Below, one piece after another: positions 1 through 8,482 of a DNA stretch of 64,000 bases (position 1 is its first letter; each line of letters begins with the position of its first letter). The stretch lies in the NCBI GenBank assembly GCA_964596355.1, contig CAZQTD010000003.1:20500-84499 (forward strand), written 5' to 3'. The DNA is from an uncultured Gammaproteobacteria bacterium (lineage in GTDB: Bacteria; Patescibacteriota; Microgenomatia; UBA10105; UBA927). The notes below the pieces were generated by a model. The model had not been told where the DNA came from, made no database searches, and saw only the letters and a list, made by a program, of their open reading frames with translations. A program made the position numbers and the translations under genes.

Positions 1-10
1 GGGCAGCATG

Positions 11-86
11 CGGACCCGGCCGGATTCGAACCGGTGATCTCGTCCTTGACAGGGACGCGTGTTAGGCCAGGCTACACCACGGGTCC
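11..86 (-). tRNA. tRNA-Asp (GTC)
   Basis: Reverse complement folds as a cloverleaf: acceptor GGACCCG/CGGGTCC, anticodon arm CGTCC-CTGTCAA-GGACG, T-loop GGTTCGAATCC; no encoded CCA. Confidence 0.95.
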
Positions 87-174
87 AGAAAAAATTGTCA
101 ACAATTGCACGTACCCCATAGCATGATAGCATAGGAATTTGAGCTTGGTCAATCGTTTTGTTATGATGGGAACG

Positions 175-1998
175 ATGAATAACAGAGAAATTGCGCAATT
201 GCTTCGCAAGGTCGCTGCCGCGTATCTGATTCTTAATGACAACCGTTTTAAAATTATTGCGTATGAACGGGCCGCAGACAGCATTGAGCACGCAACAAGC
301 GAAGTGAAGGATCTGTGGGATGAGGGCAAGTTGGGAGATATTCCCGGAGTGGGAGATCAACTCAAGCGTCACCTCGATGAGCTTTTTCGAACCGGCAGAG
401 TGAAGCATTTTGAAACAGTGGTAAACCGCCTGCCTGCGTCGCTTTACCCGCTTCTTCTGGTTCCCGGCATCGGGCCTAAAAAAGCGTACAAACTCGTCAC
501 GGAACTGAAGTTGCGCAATGAAAAGACAGTGATTGATGATCTGGCGAAGGCGGCAAAAGCTAATAAAATTGCTTCTTTGGAGGGTTTCGGCGATAAATCT
601 CAATTCGATATTTTAGCCAACATTGAATCGTATAAACGCGGGCAGATAAAAGAAAACCGCATGGCGTTACCTGAAGCGGACGCGATCGCTCAAGACGTGA
701 TGAAGTATCTAACAGCGTTGCCTTGCGTTGCGCGTGTAGATGCGCTCGGCAGTCTTCGGAGGCAGGTGTCGACAATCGGCGACATTGATATTTCTGTAGC
801 GACCGACAAGCCGCAAGACGTCATTAAACATTTTGTGAACTACCCGCATCAGAAAGTCATTGAAAACGGTCCGACCGGAGCGTCATTGCTTTTGAAAAAC
901 GGAAGACAGGTGGATGTGCGCGTGCAGCACCCCAAGGCGTACGGCGCGATGCTCCAGTACTTCACTGGCTCCAAGCACCACAACATTAAGCTGCGCGAAT
1001 ATGCGCTTGCCAAGGGTCTGTCGTTAAGTGAACACGGTATTAAACCAATACGAAAAGCTTCCAGAATCACACATCCGGCATTACAGTACAACAGGGAGAA
1101 AAAGCTTTATGAATGTGCTTTGGAAGAGGACGTATATAAAGCCGTAGGTCTTCCGTGGATTTCGCCGGAAATTCGGGAAGACAAAGGAGAAATAGAGGCC
1201 GCGCGTTCGCACACATTGCCTCATCTGATAACCCGTGAGGATATCAAGGGAGATGTGCACGTGCATACAAGTTACAACTTGGAATCCTCACATGATGTGG
1301 GCGAAGATGATGTCATTGCATGTCTGAATCAAGCGGCGACATTGGGATATGAATACATCGGCGTCAGCGACCACAACCCAAGCGTTGGTACCCATACTGA
1401 AAAACAAATTGTAGATATAATGAAGCGACGAAAGGATTTTTATGAACATAAATATTACTCATGGGTACAAAAAGTATCCAATAAACAGAAAATAACGCGC
1501 TTGTTCATTATGTGCGAGGTTGATATTCTTTCTGACGGAACACTGGCATTGCCAAATCCGGCATTCGATTTTGTCGATGCTGTCATTGTTTCTGTTCATT
1601 CCGGCTTCATGCTTGATAAAACGTCAATGACTCGGCGTGTCGTGCGCGCCCTGACGGCACACCCAAAAGTGCGCGTCTTCGGCCATCCGACAGCTCGGCT
1701 TCTGGGTAAGCGCGAGGGCATCGAGCTTGACTGGAGAGAAATTTTTGCGGTATGCAAAGACAGGCACATCGCACTTGAAATCAATGCGTATCCCCAGCGA
1801 CTGGATTTGCCTGATACGATTGTCTTTGACGCGCGTCGGGAGGGTGTCGCGTTTTGCATTAACACAGATTCGCATGCGGTGGAGCAGATGAGGTATATGA
1901 ACTATGGCGTATCTGTCGCCCGTCGCGGTTGGGCTCAAAAAGATGATGTGGTTAACACAATGGAGTATAATAAGTTTAAGAAGTGGCTCGTACAATAA
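175..1998 (+). CDS. polX: DNA polymerase X / PHP 3'-5' exonuclease
   Basis: N-terminal MNNREIAQLL, HhH motifs, GSLRR..GDID catalytic motif, YFTGSK, C-terminal PHP domain (HVHT, DH, HS, GHP, DSH). Start moved to ATG 175, 7 nt after extended -10 TGtTATGAT. Confidence 0.93.
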   Translation: MNNREIAQLLRKVAAAYLILNDNRFKIIAYERAADSIEHATSEVKDLWDEGKLGDIPGVGDQLKRHLDELFRTGRVKHFETVVNRLPASLYPLLLVPGIGPKKAYKLVTELKLRNEKTVIDDLAKAAKANKIASLEGFGDKSQFDILANIESYKRGQIKENRMALPEADAIAQDVMKYLTALPCVARVDALGSLRRQVSTIGDIDISVATDKPQDVIKHFVNYPHQKVIENGPTGASLLLKNGRQVDVRVQHPKAYGAMLQYFTGSKHHNIKLREYALAKGLSLSEHGIKPIRKASRITHPALQYNREKKLYECALEEDVYKAVGLPWISPEIREDKGEIEAARSHTLPHLITREDIKGDVHVHTSYNLESSHDVGEDDVIACLNQAATLGYEYIGVSDHNPSVGTHTEKQIVDIMKRRKDFYEHKYYSWVQKVSNKQKITRLFIMCEVDILSDGTLALPNPAFDFVDAVIVSVHSGFMLDKTSMTRRVVRALTAHPKVRVFGHPTARLLGKREGIELDWREIFAVCKDRHIALEINAYPQRLDLPDTIVFDARREGVAFCINTDSHAVEQMRYMNYGVSVARRGWAQKDDVVNTMEYNKFKKWLVQ

Positions 1999-2002
1999 AC
2001 TG

Positions 2003-2057
2003 TCTCATTGTCACATTGCTTCATTGTTTTTAGCCATGAAACCATGAAGCAATGAAT
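2003..2057. repeat. Hairpin element of 3+3 inverted 8-mers (nnnCATTG x3 / CCATGAAn x3)
   Basis: tctcattg-tcacattg-cttcattg, 7-nt spacer, ccatgaaa-ccatgaag-caatgaat; related copies at 47194-47250 and about 34278-34345. Confidence 0.75.
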
Positions 2058-2080
2058 CTATTTATTAAAGGAGGAAAATT

Positions 2081-2635
2081 ATGGCACCATTTGGTATAGT
2101 TCTTGGAGCAGTAGCGTTGATAGTGCTATATGTATTGGCTTTGTATAACGGGTTGGTTCGTGAATCAACAGAAATTGATGAGGCGTACGGACAAATCGAC
2201 ATACAGCTGAAACGACGGACCGATCTCATTCCGAACCTCGTTGAAACAGTCAAAGGGTACGCCAAGCACGAAAAGGAAGTGTTTGCCGAGGTAACAAAAG
2301 CAAGAAGCGCGCTTATGAGCGCTCGTTCGCTTCCGGCGAAAGCTAAGGCGGATGATATGCTCACTGGCGCACTCAAAAGCCTTTTTGCAGTAGCAGAAAA
2401 CTATCCGCAGCTTAAAGCGAATGAAACGTTTGTTCAGCTTCAGAAAGAGTTATCCGACACCGAAGACAAAATTGCCTACGCGCGTCAGTACTATAATACG
2501 CAGCTTATGGATTTGAATCTCAAAGTCAAGACATTCCCGAACGTCCTTCTTGCCGGCATGCTGGGATTTAAGGAGCGGGAATTTTTCAAAGCTTCGGAAG
2601 AAGACAGAAAGAGTGTTAAAGTGACATTTTCGTAA
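2081..2635 (+). CDS. lemA: LemA family protein
   Basis: N-terminal TM, QLKRRTDLIPNLVETVKGYAKHE, AENYPQLKA; SD AAAGGAGG upstream. Confidence 0.95.
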   Translation: MAPFGIVLGAVALIVLYVLALYNGLVRESTEIDEAYGQIDIQLKRRTDLIPNLVETVKGYAKHEKEVFAEVTKARSALMSARSLPAKAKADDMLTGALKSLFAVAENYPQLKANETFVQLQKELSDTEDKIAYARQYYNTQLMDLNLKVKTFPNVLLAGMLGFKEREFFKASEEDRKSVKVTFS

Positions 2636-2637
2636 AC

Positions 2638-2710
2638 GTCGTCCCGAGATTGTCGAGGGATCTTAAAGCTCAATGCGATTGCTTCAGTTGTTGACTCCCT
2701 CGCAATGACA
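2638..2710. repeat. REP/RPE-like palindromic element
   Basis: Imperfect terminal inverted repeats GTCGTCCCGAG ... CTCGCAATGAC with internal GAGGGATCT and GATTGCTTC, resembling widespread GTCATTGCGAG-type miniature repeats. Confidence 0.55.
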
Positions 2711-2712
2711 GT

Positions 2713-3612
2713 ATGAGCATCCATTCTCAAATCCGCTCGAATGTGACGAAAACGTATGTCATCATGGCGGCGTTCGTCGCATTTGTCGTCCTTGCCGCCT
2801 ATGTCATGGGGCAGTCACTTGGATATGGAAACTCTTGGATGTGGATAGCGGTAGTTTTTGCCGTCATTTCCAGCTTTGCCAGCTACTATTGGGGAGATTC
2901 AATCGTTCTTGCCATGTCAGGCGCGCGGCCGGCGGATAGAAGGCGGGATTTTGATTTGTATACCGTCACCGAAAACTTGTGTATTGCGGCAGGGTTGCCA
3001 AAGCCTCGATTGTATGTCATTGACGACACCGCAATGAACGCGTTTGCCACCGGACGTGATCCGAAGCACGCCGTCGTGTGCGCAACCACTGGACTAATAA
3101 GCCGATTGGAGCGAAGGGAACTGGAGGGGGTCATTGCTCACGAGCTTTCGCACATTAAAAATTTCGATACCAGACTTATGGCTGTTGTGGCGGTGCTTGT
3201 AGGAACAGTGGCATTTCTTGCTGACATGTTCATGCGAAGTTTGTGGTGGGGCGGCGCAAGAAACAGAAGAGATAGGGAAGATAGTTTTGGAGGACTTTTG
3301 GTTGTTGTCGGCGTCGTGCTTGCGATTATTTCTCCTTTGATTGCCACGCTTATTCAATTGGCAATCTCGCGCCGCCGCGAATATCTGGCAGATGCGTCGG
3401 CCGCACATCTTACGCGCTATCCGGAAGGACTTGCGCGCGCGCTTGAGAAACTCGGCCGTGACCGCGAGGTTTTGGAAGCGGCGACCAATGCCACTGCACA
3501 TCTTTATATCACCAACCCATTCAAGGACAAAAGCTTCGGCGCGTGGTTTGCCGGACTGTTCGATACCCACCCGCCGCTTCGAGATCGTATAAAAATCCTC
3601 CGCTCGATGTAA
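2713..3612 (+). CDS. htpX: HtpX / M48 zinc metalloprotease
   Basis: NAFATG, HELSH zinc motif, SRRREYLAD, THPP; canonical lemA-htpX pair. Confidence 0.93.
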   Translation: MSIHSQIRSNVTKTYVIMAAFVAFVVLAAYVMGQSLGYGNSWMWIAVVFAVISSFASYYWGDSIVLAMSGARPADRRRDFDLYTVTENLCIAAGLPKPRLYVIDDTAMNAFATGRDPKHAVVCATTGLISRLERRELEGVIAHELSHIKNFDTRLMAVVAVLVGTVAFLADMFMRSLWWGGARNRRDREDSFGGLLVVVGVVLAIISPLIATLIQLAISRRREYLADASAAHLTRYPEGLARALEKLGRDREVLEAATNATAHLYITNPFKDKSFGAWFAGLFDTHPPLRDRIKILRSM

Positions 3613-3626
3613 TATACTACGATCGT

Positions 3627-4958
3627 ATGACTTCAAGCGTGTGGTTTGCCATCATGGCAGGCAAAGTGGTTTCGTGGGTGAGTAAAACGCTTGGTTTGGG
3701 TGCGGGCGCCACATGGCCGGGAGAGATTGCGATCCGATTGTCGCCAAATATCTTGCATACTCTTGCTGGCCAATTTAGCCGGGGAGTCGTTCTCATCGCC
3801 GGAACCAACGGGAAAACGACGACGGCTCACATGCTTGCGGCGATTGCTAGTCACGAAGGACAGATTGTTGTCCATAACAAAAGCGGCGCCAACCTTCTTA
3901 ACGGCATTGTTTCTGCGTGTATCGAACACATGCGCATCGGCGTGAAGTGTGATTGGGGTATTTTTGAAGTGGATGAAAATTCGCTTCACATTGTGCTTCG
4001 GTATGTACGGCCCAAAGTAATAGTGCTTCTAAACCTTTTCCGTGATCAGCTGGACCGGTATGGAGAAATTGACGTTATTGCGGAAAAGTGGGAACGGGCG
4101 ATAGCGAAGCTGGATAAACAAACTACGCTTATCCTCAACTGCGATGATCCGCTTATTGCGCACTTGGGGAAGCGCGCCGGCATCCATGCATGGTACTTTG
4201 GACTGAATGACAATACGCAAAAGCGTGTCCAAGCAGAACATGCGATGGACTCTGCGTTTTGTATGACGTGCGGGTCGAGATTATCATATAAAACCGTGTA
4301 TTTTTCTCACATTGGCGATTGGTTTTGCGCGAAATGCCACACGCAGCGGCCAAAACCGCATTTGGACACGTTTCCTTCGCCACTGCCCGGACTTTATAAC
4401 CGCTATAATACGCTCGCAGCCGTGCTTGCCGCTTACGCGATGGGCGTCGGGGATAAGGAAGTTCGCGAAGCGCTTTCATTGTTTACTCCTGCCTTTGGGA
4501 GACAGGAAGAGTGTGTCGTGGGGAACAAGAAGGTGAAAATCTTTCTGTCGAAAAACCCCGCCGGATTTAACGCGTCGCTTCGGACAGTATTGGAGGACAA
4601 TCCCAAGGCGTTGCTGTTTGTTCTAAACGACCGCATTCCCGACGGCAGAGATGTAAGCTGGATATGGGATGTGGATATTGAGGAGATCGCGGAATCGCCG
4701 CTGATAATAGTTTCCGGCGATCGGGTGTATGACATGGCCCTGCGCATCAAATATGCCAAGAAGCCTCAACTCGCAAGTTCCAAATTTCAGACACATTCGA
4801 AAGTGCAAGCTCAAAACTTGATGGTTTACGAAGATTTAAAAGGGGCCATACACGCAGGTTTGGATGCATTAGCCAATGGTGAAACGCTGAACGTGCTTGC
4901 GACGTATTCAGCGATGCTGGAGGTGAGGAAAATACTCAAAGGCAGGAAAATAGCATAA
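3627..4958 (+). CDS. murT: Lipid II isoglutaminyl synthase, MurT subunit
   Basis: GTNGKTTT, GANL, EVDE, NLFRDQLDRYGE, CxxC...CxxC Zn ribbon, KNPAG, DGRDVSWIWD, TYSAML. Confidence 0.92.
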   Translation: MTSSVWFAIMAGKVVSWVSKTLGLGAGATWPGEIAIRLSPNILHTLAGQFSRGVVLIAGTNGKTTTAHMLAAIASHEGQIVVHNKSGANLLNGIVSACIEHMRIGVKCDWGIFEVDENSLHIVLRYVRPKVIVLLNLFRDQLDRYGEIDVIAEKWERAIAKLDKQTTLILNCDDPLIAHLGKRAGIHAWYFGLNDNTQKRVQAEHAMDSAFCMTCGSRLSYKTVYFSHIGDWFCAKCHTQRPKPHLDTFPSPLPGLYNRYNTLAAVLAAYAMGVGDKEVREALSLFTPAFGRQEECVVGNKKVKIFLSKNPAGFNASLRTVLEDNPKALLFVLNDRIPDGRDVSWIWDVDIEEIAESPLIIVSGDRVYDMALRIKYAKKPQLASSKFQTHSKVQAQNLMVYEDLKGAIHAGLDALANGETLNVLATYSAMLEVRKILKGRKIA

Positions 4959-4997
4959 AGAGTACAGTGCTTTGAGCTGAAAACCGCTTTGAGAGAT

Positions 4998-5741
4998 ATG
5001 AACTACAGATTGAATATTGCGTGGCTTTACCCCGATCTTATGAGTACTTACGGAGACCGCGGGAACGTGATCGTGCTTAAAAACCGCTGCATTTGGCGCG
5101 GGATTGATGCCGCCATCATCCATGTTACGCTTGAGACGTCTTTAAGACTTCTGCGCGCGTGTGACATTATTTTTATGGGTGGAGCGCAGGACCGGCAGCA
5201 GAAGCTTGCAAGCCATGACTTTTTGGGAAACAAAGCGCCGGTTATTAAAGACATGGTGGAAAGAGGTGTGCCCGCTCTTTTTGTCTGCGCCGCGTACCAG
5301 TTTGTTGGACACTTCTATCGACCATATAAAGGGGCTGTAATTCCGGGAGCTGGCATCTTTGATCTGGCTACCCATCACCCCGGAGATCAGGCAAAGCGCT
5401 TAATAGGCAATGTGGTCGCCGAGCTTATTCACCCCGCTGAACTCAAGGGCAAAACCGTCGTTGGGTTTGAAAATCATGGAGGGAGAACGAAATTAGGTCT
5501 AGCGATGCAACCGCTTGCCCGAGTAATTAAAGGGAATGGCAACAATGGACAGGATGGATTTGAAGGCGCGGTGTACAAAAATTCCATCGGCAGTTACTTC
5601 CACGGCCCTCTTCTTCCTAAAAATCCTCATGTAGCAGATTGGCTGATTGCGAAATCATTAGAAGTTAAATACAAAAAAGCGATACAATTAACGCCGCTTG
5701 ACGATGCGTTGGAATGGAAAGCACATAAATCAGTACTATAG
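4998..5741 (+). CDS. gatD: Lipid II isoglutaminyl synthase, glutaminase subunit GatD (CobQ-like GATase)
   Basis: LYPDLMSTYGDRGN, catalytic Cys in VCAAYQ, GFENHGG, YFHGPLLPKNP; follows murT. Confidence 0.92.
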   Translation: MNYRLNIAWLYPDLMSTYGDRGNVIVLKNRCIWRGIDAAIIHVTLETSLRLLRACDIIFMGGAQDRQQKLASHDFLGNKAPVIKDMVERGVPALFVCAAYQFVGHFYRPYKGAVIPGAGIFDLATHHPGDQAKRLIGNVVAELIHPAELKGKTVVGFENHGGRTKLGLAMQPLARVIKGNGNNGQDGFEGAVYKNSIGSYFHGPLLPKNPHVADWLIAKSLEVKYKKAIQLTPLDDALEWKAHKSVL

Positions 5742-5792
5742 GAACCTTTAAAGGTCCGACCCTGCAAGGTGTCTATAGGGTATAATGTGAGT

Positions 5793-6503
5793 ATGGCAGA
5801 TGAGGAAGTTCAAGATCTTCGACAAGAACTATCATTTCTGTATCGCGTCGTCCAGAGCGTACATAGCCTTGAACTTGCGGAGGTTCTTAAGCAAATTGTG
5901 GATGTTGCCTACACGGCAACGAAAGCAGATTCGGTACTTGTTTACATAGTAGATCCCAAAAAACAGCAACTAGTGTTGAGAGCGTCAAAGAATCCCCGCG
6001 AGAACTTGTTTCATAAAATAACCATGAAAATGGGAGAAGGAATTACCGGGTGGGTGGCGCGTGAAAAGAAGGCTGTGGCAATTTCAGCTGGGGCCAATAA
6101 GGATCCACGGTTTAAATTTTTCCGGAGTCTCCCCGAGGACACGTTTGAAGCGTTTTTATCCGTCCCGATTATCAATAAACGCGGCGTCGTGGGGGTCATC
6201 AACGTGCAGCACGAAAAACCGCATACACACACGCGAATGGAAGTTAACTTACTTACCGCAATTGGTAAATTGGTGGGCGGTGCGGTGGAAAACGCACTGC
6301 TCATTGAGGAAACGCTCGCACTGAAGGACGCGCTTATTCTGCGCAAACTTATCGAAAAGGCAAAGGGGATTTTGATGAAGCGTCGGGGGCTTACGGAAGA
6401 ACAAGCGTTTTCGATGCTGCAAAAGCAAAGCATGAATTCCGGCAAGTCAATGAAGGATATCGCTGACGCCGTTATCACCGTAGACGCACTGCAGCTTCGC
6501 TGA
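5793..6503 (+). CDS. GAF-ANTAR RNA-binding antiterminator (one-component regulator)
   Basis: GAF domain (LVLRAS..MGEGITGWVA..DPRFK..FLSVPII..GVINVQ) followed by ANTAR domain (RKLIEKAKGILMKRRGLTEEQAFSMLQKQSMNSGKSMKDIADAVI); ATG 6 nt after TATAAT (5781-5786). Confidence 0.92.
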   Translation: MADEEVQDLRQELSFLYRVVQSVHSLELAEVLKQIVDVAYTATKADSVLVYIVDPKKQQLVLRASKNPRENLFHKITMKMGEGITGWVAREKKAVAISAGANKDPRFKFFRSLPEDTFEAFLSVPIINKRGVVGVINVQHEKPHTHTRMEVNLLTAIGKLVGGAVENALLIEETLALKDALILRKLIEKAKGILMKRRGLTEEQAFSMLQKQSMNSGKSMKDIADAVITVDALQLR

Positions 6504-6506
6504 TAC

Positions 6507-6534
6507 TATTCTCATATATTAATATATGAGAATA
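6507..6534. repeat. Perfect 28-bp AT-rich palindrome TATTCTCATATATTAATATATGAGAATA
   Basis: Exact self reverse complement, between the GAF-ANTAR stop codon and the glnA -35. Confidence 0.9.
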
Positions 6535-6544
6535 ATTTTGGGTA

Positions 6545-6574
6545 TTGACAAGTGACAGCGATGTTTTTTATTGT
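6545..6574 (+). promoter_or_regulatory. Sigma70-type promoter for the glnA leader
   Basis: TTGACA (6545-6550), 18 nt, TATTGT (6569-6574); predicted TSS about 6581, just before ANTAR hairpin P1. Confidence 0.7.
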
Positions 6575-6583
6575 AGTACATAA

Positions 6584-6625
6584 GATCGCAACGAAGCGAT
6601 TGAATAGAGGGTAGACACTGTCGTC
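6584..6625 (+). promoter_or_regulatory. ANTAR target RNA (dual hexaloop hairpins)
   Basis: P1 AUCGC-AACGAA-GCGAU (6585-6600); 13-nt linker; P2 GAC-ACUGUC-GUC (6614-6625); both loops have the conserved A1 and G4. Confidence 0.85.
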
Positions 6626-6651
6626 CCGCCTGAAAGGCGGGATTTATCGTT
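6623..6651 (+). terminator. Intrinsic terminator (attenuator) in the glnA leader, overlapping ANTAR P2
   Basis: GUCCCGCC-UGAAA-GGCGGGAU stem followed by an imperfect U-rich tail (UUAUCGUU); 5' arm shares 6623-6625 with the P2 3' strand. Confidence 0.75.
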
Positions 6652-6784
6652 ATGAAGCCTGGCTCATCTTTCTTCTTGCATTACGTACTATTTGTAGCGC
6701 GGGTCGAAGAGCGATCATCGGCAGGTCTAAGAAGCGCTAAACTCTCGCAAACGCGTTTGTTAAGCGCTTCTAAGAGAGGATTCT

Positions 6785-8131
6785 ATGGCGAAAGATGACG
6801 TCAAAGAAGTGCTTGCACGTGTAAAAAACGATAACGTCACGTTTGTTGATTTGCAGTTTAATGATTTCCTTGGCAATGTAAAAAGTTCAACGATTCCTGC
6901 CTATAATTTGGAAGACGCCCTGACGCACGGCGTATGGATTGACGGGTCGTCCATAGAAGGATTTGCACGCATTCATGAGTCGGACATGTATCTTATGCCG
7001 GATCCAGCCACTTACTCCCTTCTTCCATGGCGAAACAATATAGAAACAGGTAGGGTAGCGCGGCTTATCTGTGACGTGTATACTCCTAATCACGAACCAT
7101 TTGAGGGCGATCCGCGCGTGATTTTGAAGCGGACGCTTCGTGAGGCAAACGCATTGGGGTACGAGTATTATACCGGCCCAGAATGCGAATTTTTTCTGTT
7201 TCCGAAGGATCACGAAGGAAACATCCGGCGCGAGACCCGCGGCAACGGGTATTACTTCACGCTCATTATGGATGAGTCCTATACAGTCAAGCGCTCTATT
7301 ATGGAAGCGCTGGATGCCATGGGTATTGGTACGGAAACGAGCACGCATGAGGTAGCAGATAATCAGCATGAGATTGATATACGGTATGACCAAGCGCTGA
7401 AAACCGCAGACAACACGGCGACGCTTATCACTGCAGTTAAATTTATCGCTTACAAATACAATTATCATGCGACGTTCATGGCAAAGCCGTTTTTTGGCGT
7501 CAACGGCAGCGGGATGCATACACATCAAAGTCTGTGGAAGGGAGAAAAAAATGCGTTTTACGATTGCAAAGATAAATATGGACTTTCTCGTGTAGCCTAT
7601 CACTTTTTGGCAGGGCAACTTGCCTATGCGCGTGAAATTGCAGGCGTATTTGCGCCGACGGTCAATTCCTACAAACGCGTAACTCCCGGCTATGAAGCGC
7701 CTGCGTATGTCTGCTGGGCGCGGATAAACCGCTCTGCCCTCATACGGGTGCCGAAGGTATCCAAGGGGCTTGAGGATAAAGGAACGAGGCTTGAAATTCG
7801 TTGTCCGGATCCGTCGGGGAGTCCCTATCTGTTGTTTGCAGTGCTTCTCAAAGCAGGACTTGAGGGGATAAAAAAGAATATGAAAGCGCCCGATCCGGTT
7901 GAGGAGAATTTGTTTGAGTTTGATGACGCGAAGTTGTCCACATACTACATTACCAAATTGCCGGGAAGTTTGGGCGACGCTATTGATGAGATGAACAATG
8001 GTAGCGTTGTACGCGAAACGTTTGGTGATTATTCGTTCCATCGATATATCGAAGCCAAAACCGAGGAATGGGACAGCTTCCGACGGTGGGTAACAGATTG
8101 GGAGATTGAGCGGTACCTCACGACCATCTAG
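6785..8131 (+). CDS. glnA: Glutamine synthetase type I (GSI-alpha)
   Basis: IDGSSIEGF, ESDM, GPECEFF, HEVA..QHEI, GSGMHTHQS, NSYKRVTPGYEAP, NRSALIRVP, RLEIRCPD; SD GAGAGGA. Confidence 0.96.
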   Translation: MAKDDVKEVLARVKNDNVTFVDLQFNDFLGNVKSSTIPAYNLEDALTHGVWIDGSSIEGFARIHESDMYLMPDPATYSLLPWRNNIETGRVARLICDVYTPNHEPFEGDPRVILKRTLREANALGYEYYTGPECEFFLFPKDHEGNIRRETRGNGYYFTLIMDESYTVKRSIMEALDAMGIGTETSTHEVADNQHEIDIRYDQALKTADNTATLITAVKFIAYKYNYHATFMAKPFFGVNGSGMHTHQSLWKGEKNAFYDCKDKYGLSRVAYHFLAGQLAYAREIAGVFAPTVNSYKRVTPGYEAPAYVCWARINRSALIRVPKVSKGLEDKGTRLEIRCPDPSGSPYLLFAVLLKAGLEGIKKNMKAPDPVEENLFEFDDAKLSTYYITKLPGSLGDAIDEMNNGSVVRETFGDYSFHRYIEAKTEEWDSFRRWVTDWEIERYLTTI

Positions 8132-8176
8132 TTTCCTCGTTTGTTAGCTGCGAGTGTTAGAGTATAATGGGAGCGT

Positions 8177-8482
8177 ATGACACTCTCGTTTACAAGAGGC
8201 GACGTCCGTCGGATCGCCGAACTTGCACACGTTCCTATTACCGCAGAAGAAGAGCAACAGCTAGCAGATGCGTTTACAAAAACGATGACAGTGGTTGATG
8301 AGCTAACAAAACTCGATCTGACAGAAGTTGACGAATACAGTCCGATCGGGCTTGTGAACCAATTTCGGCCGGACGAGGTTGATACGTCCCGCATGTTTAC
8401 CCAGGAGCAAGCGCTTTCAAATGCCAAACGAACCCATGATGGATATTTTGTCGTGGGGCAAGTGATTAATCGGGAACCATGA
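8177..8482 (+). CDS. gatC: Asp/Glu-tRNA amidotransferase subunit C
   Basis: VRRIAELAHV, FRPDEV, ALSNA...DGYFVV; directly upstream of gatA. Confidence 0.85.
   Translation: MTLSFTRGDVRRIAELAHVPITAEEEQQLADAFTKTMTVVDELTKLDLTEVDEYSPIGLVNQFRPDEVDTSRMFTQEQALSNAKRTHDGYFVVGQVINREP

Noticed and set aside
6887-8041. 384-aa ORF antisense to glnA
   Set aside because: Shadow frame of a highly conserved gene; no recognisable motifs
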